NCBI GenBank assembly: GCA_947458915.1
Contig: CANHAE010000001.1
Span: 1,366-65,365, forward strand
Direction of reading: 5' to 3'
Origin: Bacteroidota bacterium
GTDB taxonomy: Bacteria; Bacteroidota; Bacteroidia; Chitinophagales; Chitinophagaceae
Length of the DNA: 64,000 nucleotides
Both the position numbers and the translations under genes were made by a program. The first letter of the stretch is position 1. Each line of letters opens with the position of its first letter. Shown piece after piece: positions 11,236 through 21,800 of this stretch. Under the pieces are notes generated by a model that was not told the DNA's origin, made no database searches, and saw only the letters and a list, made by a program, of their open reading frames with translations.

Positions 11236-13517
11236 TAAGGTTGATTTAATTTAGTCTCTAATTTTAATAATCTAGTCTCGAAGTCAAATTGTTTCTTTTT
11301 TAATAATTCAATTTCAGCCTGTTGCGCCTGAATCACTTTTAATGATAATGCGTGTAGGGCTTGATAATTTACGGACTTAGTTTGCATGCTATCATTTGCA
11401 ATGGATACAATATCTGGAAACAACTCCTCTACTTCTTGTGCGATCAATCCATACTGTCGGTGATGATTATCTGATCCGTCATTCCAGTAAAAATTTACTG
11501 GTCTTAACTGCAAATATTTTGAAATAACCTTATTATCCAAATCAACTATGGTGTTTTTTAATCTCCTATCCGACCTTGCTGTCATCACACCATAATAGAT
11601 ACCTGCGCAAGAAAAATCATAGGTCGCCAATCCGCCACCCCAACCACTTGGCCAACTTCCTGCAATGGCTCCACCATCACTTGGAATAACAACTCTTGAT
11701 TGACCTGATCTATTTATAGTGATTGCATTATTACTAGCTGTTCCAGTTAAAAAATTCCAAGTGGTATTTAATATAAACTGATCTGTTGGATTATTAACGC
11801 CCATGCTATATCCAAATTGATTTATCACATCCATACCAATATAAGGCTTACCGCCATTCAAACCACCTGCTCTAACTAAAGCAGTAGCATGTGCAGATGT
11901 TGATGCATTATTGTTGTTATAAATATATAAACTAGGACTAGATGTGCTAGCTGGATTTGCACCAAATACATTCCCATTTTCGATATGTAAACTCGTTTCT
12001 GGAGAAGCAGTACCAATTCCTAATTTGCCCAGACTTGACAAATGCATTTTTTGTGTCCCACCGGTATACCATTTATGTGACTGTATACTAGTTCCATTAG
12101 ATTCAAATCCAAAAGCTAAATTATTAGGTTCCCCCACTCCATCTGTGGTTGCAAACCAATGCATATTAGCTACATCTTTCCCAAAATAACTCCTTGCACC
12201 GCTGTTAATGATGGAGTTGCTAAATCTTCCTGCTCCAGTTACATCTAATGCTTGAGTAGGAGCATTATTTCCAATCCCCACATTCCCTGTTGTATTAAAT
12301 GTATTTGTACCAGAAAGTGTCCATGGATTCACAATGGCTGAGGATCCAACTTGTTTCACCATAAAGTATGATGCATTAGGAGCAGATTGCACACCTGTAG
12401 TAACTGCATTTCCAACTATTGATGGGCCATTTGGGCCATAGTGATCTAATAAACGAATACCCACTTGAATATCTGTGGCTGGCGTAATTATTCCTTTCAT
12501 GGGTGAATTTGCACTTTGACCATTACTACCTGCTCCATTTTGTGACATAAATAATCCATTCGCTAAAGCCACATTATTTGTATAATCATAAATTTGAAAA
12601 CGTCCTGCTACACCTGCTGCACTACCTGATATAAAAATAGCTAAACTAGATTCCAGTTCGTAGGTTCTATTGGCTTTCAATGTAAACTTATTACTAGTCC
12701 AAGTTAAATTACCTGAAGCCATTGCATCAAATGGAACTATGGCATTATCGGCGATAGTACTACCATCTGCGCCGGTGTATCTTGCAATACCATACTCAAC
12801 AGTTTGTCCAGTTACAGGTAAATTACCCGATACTTGTTTCATATACACTCTCGTATAATCATTACTATAAATGTTTCCCGCTGATGTAGTAACTAAGACA
12901 TTATATGATCTGCCAGCAGTAAGATTTGCTTCTACTTTACCATTATATTCAGCATGAACATTATTACTATAACTAGTTTGCATATCTGATGCAATTACGG
13001 CATTGTTATTTGAACCATCTCTCACTTGAAAATTAAGTGTTACAATACAGTTGCCGCATGTTGCGCTTGTAGAAAAATCAAATGAATATTTTCCTGATGT
13101 TGTCACTGAAAAAGTAGCTCCTGTAGAATTAATCGTTGCTGCATTTCCTACACCATCATATATTTTCACCATATCAGATGCTGTCACTCCGTTTCCCGCA
13201 GATGTAGCTGTAGCAATGGTTGCCCAGTTAGCACCATTCCAATAATAGTAACCTGCTTGCAAGCCCACCGATCCTAAATTATAAACCAATAAACCTTCCG
13301 CTGGCGAAGCAATGGTAGTGGCATCTGTTGCACTTGTTAAAGCAACACGTGGAGGCAAAAATCCTTTATTGGTTGCATACACATCTAGCTTTGCAGAAGC
13401 ATTGGGTGTAGTGGTACCAATACCTGTTTGGGCATATGCATTGATGTTAAAACTAATAAAGGAAACCAATAATAAAATTGGTCTAAATATTAATCTGAAA
13501 TTTTTATTATAGTCCAT
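11235..13517 (-). CDS. Exported tail-fibre-like protein with C-terminal peptidase S74 intramolecular chaperone
   Basis: Signal peptide, GIG repeats, SDRRLK..LRPV.F.W..YGLIAQEVEELFP..V..NY and a terminal coiled coil. Confidence 0.8.
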   Translation of the reverse strand: MDYNKNFRLIFRPILLLVSFISFNINAYAQTGIGTTTPNASAKLDVYATNKGFLPPRVALTSATDATTIASPAEGLLVYNLGSVGLQAGYYYWNGANWATIATATSAGNGVTASDMVKIYDGVGNAATINSTGATFSVTTSGKYSFDFSTSATCGNCIVTLNFQVRDGSNNNAVIASDMQTSYSNNVHAEYNGKVEANLTAGRSYNVLVTTSAGNIYSNDYTRVYMKQVSGNLPVTGQTVEYGIARYTGADGSTIADNAIVPFDAMASGNLTWTSNKFTLKANRTYELESSLAIFISGSAAGVAGRFQIYDYTNNVALANGLFMSQNGAGSNGQSANSPMKGIITPATDIQVGIRLLDHYGPNGPSIVGNAVTTGVQSAPNASYFMVKQVGSSAIVNPWTLSGTNTFNTTGNVGIGNNAPTQALDVTGAGRFSNSIINSGARSYFGKDVANMHWFATTDGVGEPNNLAFGFESNGTSIQSHKWYTGGTQKMHLSSLGKLGIGTASPETSLHIENGNVFGANPASTSSPSLYIYNNNNASTSAHATALVRAGGLNGGKPYIGMDVINQFGYSMGVNNPTDQFILNTTWNFLTGTASNNAITINRSGQSRVVIPSDGGAIAGSWPSGWGGGLATYDFSCAGIYYGVMTARSDRRLKNTIVDLDNKVISKYLQLRPVNFYWNDGSDNHHRQYGLIAQEVEELFPDIVSIANDSMQTKSVNYQALHALSLKVIQAQQAEIELLKKKQFDFETRLLKLETKLNQP

Positions 13518-14904
13518 ATCTAGATTTGTCTTTATTAAATTTCGCAGTTATTTCCGCTTGTGTAAGTTCCCTATCGTAAATTTTGAATTTAGTTACATAC
13601 ATTGGTTGTATATAATTGGTATTAATTCCCCAACTTCCTATTCTACCTACACCATTACTAAACGAAGCATTTGCATTTTCTGGCGTACCTAAAATTTGTG
13701 AAAGTGTTTGATTCACCCCATTTAAATATATTTTATTACTTGTAACCGAACCTGCTTTCATGACAAATACATAATGTTTCCAATTGTTAAGACAACCGCT
13801 TGCTTGTGCTGCAGTTAATCCGTAGACATCCCCAACGGCGGTATTATAGCCTATTGCATTATTATAGGTATAAATATCGTATGCATAGAATCCAAAAAAC
13901 ATGCCACCAGAAAAAGCTGTTGGATTAACCCACATTTCAACGGTAATGGTAGATGCACCATTTAACGGAAAGGTAAAATCGGTATATCCTGTAGATGTTC
14001 CATTAAAATATAAGGACCCACCAGTACTCGCATTGTAGGTAACACCTGCTCGGTTTGTTGAAGTTGTCCCTAGGCCAGCTATGTCAGGATAAGTCGCGTT
14101 ATTTTTTGTCCCGTCCACCATGAAAAGCAAATCGTAATTGGGTTCTTCCGCAAGATATAAATTATTGACATCTGCAGTAGATAGCGCACTCGCATAAAAT
14201 TTTACATTCCCCAATAAAAAATTTCCATAGGCTCCTGAACCCAAGTTGGTGGTTTCATAAGCACCAATCCCAAAATACTGACTGGTTGTTAATGAACCCA
14301 TAGCGGGTCCTTCACGCGTGTAGGTAGCAGTTCCGACTAATGCGCCATCCAAATAGGCGTTCACTTTGCTCCCATTATACACCAATACAATATGGTGCCA
14401 TGTATTTAATGAAACTGTTGTTGCAGTTGTGATAACAGTGGTTCTAGGCCAAACAGTAAATTTCAAATATCCTCCTACCATTTCAATATCCGAGGTATGA
14501 TATCCATTTGATATTGTGGAAGACCATAAGTCAGATACAACATTCCCATCTGCCCCTGTGGGATTAAACCAAATACCCAAACTAAAAACGCCTGATCGTG
14601 TGGTTGATGTTACTTGAGGATAAAAAGTTTTTAAATCCCCAATCATCAAATAATTTGAATTGGCCGGTTTAAATTGTACATATCCGGGATCCGCAAAAAA
14701 GGCAGGTGACCCATTTAGCGTTGCCGGTACATTCTTTCCATTAGCGCTGACAACACTTGTTCCAGTACCTGAAAAAGAAATTGCATTTTGAAAATCGTAA
14801 TCTACAATTAAATTGTTTTTACTAACCGAATTAGAATACATGGGCGTAAAAAACTGCGCTTGTAACGATAGAGAAAAAAACAAAAATAAAATTGTCAATC
14901 GCAT
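13507..14904 (-). CDS. Exported double LamG/concanavalin-A-like lectin protein
   Basis: Signal peptide; two LamG folds (WHHIVLVYNG..YLDG; WKHYVFV..IYLNG; IYDRELTQAEI). Confidence 0.8.
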   Translation of the reverse strand: MRLTILFLFFSLSLQAQFFTPMYSNSVSKNNLIVDYDFQNAISFSGTGTSVVSANGKNVPATLNGSPAFFADPGYVQFKPANSNYLMIGDLKTFYPQVTSTTRSGVFSLGIWFNPTGADGNVVSDLWSSTISNGYHTSDIEMVGGYLKFTVWPRTTVITTATTVSLNTWHHIVLVYNGSKVNAYLDGALVGTATYTREGPAMGSLTTSQYFGIGAYETTNLGSGAYGNFLLGNVKFYASALSTADVNNLYLAEEPNYDLLFMVDGTKNNATYPDIAGLGTTSTNRAGVTYNASTGGSLYFNGTSTGYTDFTFPLNGASTITVEMWVNPTAFSGGMFFGFYAYDIYTYNNAIGYNTAVGDVYGLTAAQASGCLNNWKHYVFVMKAGSVTSNKIYLNGVNQTLSQILGTPENANASFSNGVGRIGSWGINTNYIQPMYVTKFKIYDRELTQAEITAKFNKDKSRYGL

Positions 14905-14908
14905 ATTC

Positions 14909-15868
14909 TTAATTACTTAATTCTCCAGAAATAATAACATTATTTGATCCAATATGCAAAATGGTAACAAGGGCGTACTGACCAATGGATTTGTTAAATC
15001 CATTTCTGTTAATAATATTCACGCCACTCGCTCCGCTAAACGTGATTTGACCTGTTCCATATTGTAAAACCATACAGTTAAATCCAGTTGGCAAGCCAGC
15101 AGGAATAGTAATGATAATGGCTGATGCTGCATTCGATTGAATGACTTCTGCATTATCTGTAGCTGCCAAACTAACAGATGCGTTTATCGCATTAATTTGT
15201 GCACCAAAACCTGATAATGTATTTGTTGTGGACCCCGATAAATTACCAGTCAAATCTAACCTCATTCTTTCCACTCCTGCAGTTCTAAAAACAATATTAT
15301 TGTTCATCTCTGACAAAGTAGAATAACCCGAAATATCAATGGAAGATTGTGCAGTTGTTGCACCTCCTCCACCAGCAGCTATTCTCAAAAAACCATCATC
15401 AGCTGCATCTGCTTGCGTTACACCACCACCCGAACCTACACCCCTAATTTCATAAGCACCTACTGTTGCAGTATTGAGGGCTGGCCTTGCTGTTGCATTG
15501 CTAAAGCCATCATGTATACGAACACCACCACCTGCAATATTTAATTTTGCGGTAGGCAAAGATGTTCCAATACCCACATTACCACCTAAAGGATTTAAGA
15601 GTAAATTATAATTGGTGCCATATGTTTTATTTCTTGCCTGTATCCAAGAATAGGTACTGGTGCTACTTAATCCAAAATCTAAAACATGACTAGCCGAAAT
15701 CCCACTCAATCGAAAATTTCCATTTGCCGAAGTACCACTATTTGCTGGATCTGCAGTAGTAGTTTCCACTTGGAATTTATTAATAGGCGTAGTGGTACCA
15801 ATCCCTGTTTGTGCACTGGCTTGTGCCAATGCACAAACAGTTAATAATATGAATACTACTTTTTTCAT
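14909..15868 (-). CDS. Exported short fibre-like protein
   Basis: Signal peptide, TGIGTTTP and GNVGIGT motifs, FRTAGVERMR, phage-fibre-like C-terminal beta domain. Confidence 0.6.
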   Translation of the reverse strand: MKKVVFILLTVCALAQASAQTGIGTTTPINKFQVETTTADPANSGTSANGNFRLSGISASHVLDFGLSSTSTYSWIQARNKTYGTNYNLLLNPLGGNVGIGTSLPTAKLNIAGGGVRIHDGFSNATARPALNTATVGAYEIRGVGSGGGVTQADAADDGFLRIAAGGGGATTAQSSIDISGYSTLSEMNNNIVFRTAGVERMRLDLTGNLSGSTTNTLSGFGAQINAINASVSLAATDNAEVIQSNAASAIIITIPAGLPTGFNCMVLQYGTGQITFSGASGVNIINRNGFNKSIGQYALVTILHIGSNNVIISGELSN

Positions 15869-15889
15869 TGAGTTATTAAATAGTATTAA

Positions 15890-18800
15890 TTAAAATAATC
15901 CTCTAAATATGTACCAATTGGTTCCATCAGAAACTAATTTTATCCAGTTGTTAGAAGGTTCTATTCCAAGGTTCACACCGGTATTTGTAAGTGTCGTATT
16001 ATCCATTATCAAATAACCTCCTGCAGAAGCTATAGCAACAGAAACACTGGCCACATTTTTCACATTCAACTCTCGACCCGAACCCAATGTTGATGCACTA
16101 GGAATGGTAATTGTTTGAGATGCAGTAGAACCTGTGAATATGATATATGTGGCGGTTGATGTAGCAGTTCCAGTAGCGCTCATTGTTACAACTGAACCAC
16201 CGCTGTTTTGCCAAGTTGCCACACCATTTGCATCAGATGTTAATACTTTACCTGCAGCTTGGTTACCATCAACAATTTTAACTTTACCTGCAACGTGTAA
16301 TTTTGAATTTGCAGTATCCACAGCAGTTGCGCCTGAAGTACCAATTGCTAAGGTTCCAGAATTGGTTAACCGCATTTTTTCATTAAAAAATGGAGTTAAT
16401 GCTGTTCCCGTACTAAAGACTATAGATTTTGAATTGTTTGCATTTGCAATATGCATATCATTACCACTACCTATATAAGTGACGTCATTTGCAAGTCCAA
16501 TATTATATGCTGTTGGATTGTTGAATGTACTATTATTAATTCCCATCCACGCAAACCCTGAAACATCATTACCATTATTCGCAGTTGCGGCATAACCACT
16601 TTGTGCTTTTGTTCCAGTACTCGTATTTTGAACATTGTATTGGAAGAAATCATCAACCGATCCGGTTAAGTTTACACCAGTAGTACTTGTCATTGTTCCC
16701 GCTGCTAAATTGGTTACCCCTCTTAAATAGTTAGCAGTATTAGATGTATTTCCAATGGTCACTGTATTTGAACCATTACCCGTCATGCCAGTACCAGAGC
16801 CCGTATAACCAGCAATAACTACTTGGTTAGTTTGACCATCAGCTAAAGGACGAACATCATTTCCAATTAATACATTACCACCACCAGTTGTATAGTTAGT
16901 GTTACTTAGTGTTCCATAATATTGGCCAGCACCATAACCAATTAAAATATTATTTGACACTGAAGTATTACTAATACCAGCATTTGAACCTAAGAATACG
17001 TTTTGCGAACCAGTTGCTGCCGTTCCTGCACGCTGACCAAATGCAATATTATCGGATCCCGTTGTATTAGCATGCAATGCAATGGCACCAAGTGCCGAGT
17101 TATTATTTCCAGATGTGTTATTAAACATTGCATTTAAACCTAAACCAGCATTTAGTGTTCCTGTTATATTTCCAGATAATACGTTAGCTCCAACTGCTGT
17201 ATTATTTGCAGCAGTATTATTTTTTAATGCTTCATAACCCACAGATGTGTTTTGATCTGTAGTTAAATTAGAAATTAATGTATTATATCCAATGGCTGTA
17301 TTATATTTTCCAGTTGTATTTGAATTTAGAGCAGAAAATCCATGTGCAGTATTCGTTAAAATACCACCAGTACCCTTTCCAATAGTTTGACCATTAATTG
17401 TCATATCTCCAGATACAATAACTTTTCCTGCTGTACCTGAAGTAGAAGTTCCTGGCGTAAGATTAATATTACCTCCTGCACCTGTTGAAGAGTTGTTACC
17501 TCCTTTTAAAGTTACACTTCCACCTGCTGAACTTGCACTTGAAGAAGCTTGTGCTTCGATAGTTGCACCATAACCAGCAACTGCTGATGCAGCAGAGGGC
17601 ACCGTTGTTAATGCACCATAAATTTGTGCCTTTTGCGTTAGAACGTTACCAATTAATGTGGTATGGCTTCCTAAACCAACTTGGCCATAAGAACCAGTGC
17701 CTAATGCACCAGGGCTATTACTAAGTACTATTTCATTGACATCACTACTTCCAGAAGGTCTTACATCATGTCCTATAAAAATATTATTAGCAATACTAAC
17801 AGAAGCATTTGTACTCTCACCAGATCCATACCATGCACCCGCCTGGTAACCTATCCCAATATTGTTACTTGGTGTGCCTCCTGTAGATCCGACAAAACCT
17901 AACGCAGATTTACCAATACCAATATTATAGTTACCTGCATTATTACCTACAACAGCACTACTACCTATGCCCACATTATAGTCTCCTGAAGTATTTCTTA
18001 ATAATGCCGCATTTCCAATAGCCACATTCTCAAAGCCTGTTGAATTATCTTCCATGACCCTATGTCCAATGCCCACATTGCTATAACCATCTGTATTGTT
18101 ATATAAAGCAGAATCACCAATTGCAGTATTTTTTGATCCTGTTAAATTACTGTACAAGGAACTATATCCAAATGCTTGGTTACTATAACCTGTATTAGTT
18201 CCACCATAGGAATACAATGACTTTGCACCTATTGCAGTATTTCTAAAACCTGTGGTTGTGTTATAGCCTGCAGCAAAACCATAATAACTATTAAGATTAC
18301 CAGTTGTATTTGAACGTCCTGCTGTACTACCTACTGCTGTATTATTGCCTGCAGAGTTAGTTCCGGTGTATAAAGCTTCATAACCAACTGCAACGTTATC
18401 TGTTGAGACAGTTGAACTATTTAATGCAGAAGTACCTATAGCCGTATTCGTAGCAACATTTTTTGTACCTCTACCAATATTGATACTATTAACAACAATG
18501 TTGGAACTAAATGTAGTAGTATTACTAAATGTTTTTGCACCACCAATTGTTTGTGTGCCTGCAGTTATTATACCACCATTCGTTGCATCCGCTGGAGTTA
18601 AAGTTAATGCGGTTCCACTGATGGTTGCTCCATTTGCATTTGAAGTTGCAGCAATAGTCGTCATGGTATTCACCCCAGCAACTATTGATACAGAACTTGC
18701 GGTTGTTACTCTACCTTTTGAATCTACGGTCAAAACAGGAATAGTAGTAGAAGAACCATAAGTTCCAGAACTCACACCTGAAGCTGCTAAAGTTGCTGCA

Positions 18801-21800
18801 GCCGTTACATTTCCTGAACCATCAAATGCTGGACTTGTATATGTTACATCACCAGTTAAAGCAATCGTACGGCCAGTTGCTAATGATGTTGCCGTTCCAG
18901 ATAATGTACCAGTTAAATTAGTAGCAGACAAGCTTGTTAACCCTGTTACAGAAGTTGACGTTCCACCTAATGTCAATGTAGTTGATCCTAATGTAGTCGT
19001 TTTAGTTGCTAACTGATCTACAGTAATGCCAGCTGTTGAACTTAAGTTTGAAGTTGTTAATCCTGTTGCAGAAATTGTACCAGCACTAATTGAAATACCA
19101 GATCCAGCTGTCAAACCTTCTTGAACACCTAATCCAGTTATGTTTGCTTTAGTAATATTTAATTTAGCAAAATCTATAGTCGAAGCACTCCAAGTTCCAC
19201 TTGTAATTGTACCTACTGTTGTAAGATTCGCTAAAGAAGTTAATGATGTATTTGAAGTTGCAGTTATATTTCCAGCTGTAGTTGCTGTTGTAGCATTACC
19301 AATAAAATTTGTCGCCGTTACATCACTACTAAACGTTTTCGCACCAGCAATAGTTTGCGCACCTGTTGAAATCAAACCTGGATTAGTTCCATTTGCCGCA
19401 GCTAATGTCAATGTTGTTCCTGAAATAGTTCCACCTGCAGCATACGAAGTAGTCGAAGTATAATTTAATGAATTTACTCCAGCTGTAATACCTACTGTAC
19501 TTGCTGCAGTAATTCTACCTTTCTCATCAACCGTAAAATTAGGGATAGCTGTAGATGAACCATAAGTTCCTGAAGCAACTCCTGAAGCCGCTAAAGTTGC
19601 TGCTGCGGTAACATTTCCTGAGCCATCAAATGATGGACTTGTATAAGTTACGTCCCCTGTTAAAGCAATAGTTCTTCCTGTTGCTAAAGCAGTTGCTGTT
19701 GTTGCATTACCTGTTAAATTTCCCGTCACATTTCCTGTCACATTACCAATAAAGGTTGGCGCTGTTACGTCATTACTAAATGTTTTTGCTCCAGCTATTG
19801 TTTGAGCACCTGTTGAAATCAATCCAGGATTTGTACTATTTGCAGCAGTTAATGTTAATGATGTACCACTAATTGTTCCACCTGCTGCATAAGATGTAGT
19901 GCTTGTATAATTTAAAGAAGATACACCAGCAGTAATACCTACAGTTCCAGCAGCAGTTAAACGACCTTTGCTATCCACTGAGAACGTTGGTATCGCAGTT
20001 GATGATCCATAGTCACCCGCTGTTACAGTTGTATTTGTTAAAGTTGCAGCAAAACTTCCAGTTCCAGTACCAGTAACATCACCTGTTAAAGTAATTGTTT
20101 GATCTCCGGTATTCACGCCTGAAGTATTCGATATAACCCCAGCTTGTGTATCAGTAACATAATTTCTATTTGTACTTGGTGCAATATCTGCAGTGGTTGC
20201 ATCAGCACCTGCAGTTACAAATCCTTTTGTGTCGTAAGTAATTTTAGTTTTTGTTGCAGCAGTTATTGCAGCATTTGGAGCTAAATAATCTGTTCCAGCA
20301 ACAGCTGCACTTACCACTCCACTTCCATTTGCTTTTAATAATCCATTAGTGGCACCTGCTCCACCATAATTGCTTCCAATAGTTGTTCCACTCCAAGTTC
20401 CAGAAGTAATAGTTCCTCCGACAAATAAATCTGTAGATATTTTTCCACCTCCAACAACATCTAAAGTAGTTGTAGGCGCGGTTGTTCCAATCCCAACATA
20501 TCCGTCTCTTGTAATTCTAAGCCTTTCAACTGGGACCGCAGTTGAACCAGAAGGTCTTGTTAAAAAATTAATGCTAGAACTGTAATTACCACTTTTTTTT
20601 CCAGTTGCAACAAAACTAACTATAGACGGAAATCCAGATTGATTATAAGTATGAATAACTAAGCCATTATTATTTTCATAATTTGTATTATCATAAGGTG
20701 AAGTAGATCCTACTTGAGATGTAGGAATAGTATATATGTCCCCAATAAATTTTGCTTTCGTAGCATTTATGTCATAAGCCCCTAAATCCACGGAACCAGA
20801 TGCTCCTGAATACGGAACAAAATTCCCTGTTACTGCAGAAGTGGACGTCCAAGTATAGGTCCCGCCAGCAACAGAAGTTAAGAACTGATTTGCAGCGCCC
20901 ACTGGAATCATGGCAGTTGTACCTGCAGCAGTTTGATAAGGTATAGATCCTGCAACACCACCTGCTATATTAGTTGCGGTTGTTGCAGTGCCAGATAATG
21001 TTCCAGTTATAACACCCGCTGTAAAATTACCGCTTGCATCTCTAGCAATTATGGCATTCGCTGTGTTTGCATCTGTAGCAGTAGTAGCGCTATTACTCAC
21101 TTTGCCCGTACTTGTTATAGTTGCTAATTTACTATCTGCAATCGCTGCTGAAGCATTAATGTCTGCATCAATGATATTACCCGTTAAGGCTAATTTATTA
21201 TATGCAATTGCAGTTCCACTCCACACGCCAGAAGTAATTGTACCCACACTTGTTAAACTTGATCCTGTAATAGTTGAGGCTAAAGTAGTTCCAGTTAAAG
21301 TTCCCGCGCTTACAGTTGCTAAATTTGATTTTACATAAGCTGTTGTAGCCAATGTTGTAGAGTTATCATTTGTTGCTGCTGTAGGTGCTGCTGGTGTTCC
21401 TGTGAAAGTTGGAGATTCAATTGGCGCCTTCAATAAAATACTTGCTGTATTTGCATTCACATTTGTACTTAAAGTAGCAATGCTATTTGTATTCGATGTT
21501 ATACTTGATGTATTGGATGCAATTCTTGTATCAAAAGTTGAAATGGTAGATGCACTTACGCCTCCAACACTATTAACAGTAGTTGCAAAACTTCCGTTAC
21601 CCGAACCACTTACATCACCTGTTAGCGTTGTGGTTGCAGTTGCAGCCATTACATCCGTACCAATTACCAATCCTAAATTCGTTCTTGCATCCGCTGCTGA
21701 AGTAGCTCCAGTTCCTCCATTTGCTAACGCAATAGTGGTTCCACTCCAGACACCTGCAGTAATTGTTCCAACACTTGTTAAGCTTGAACCAACTACTGTT

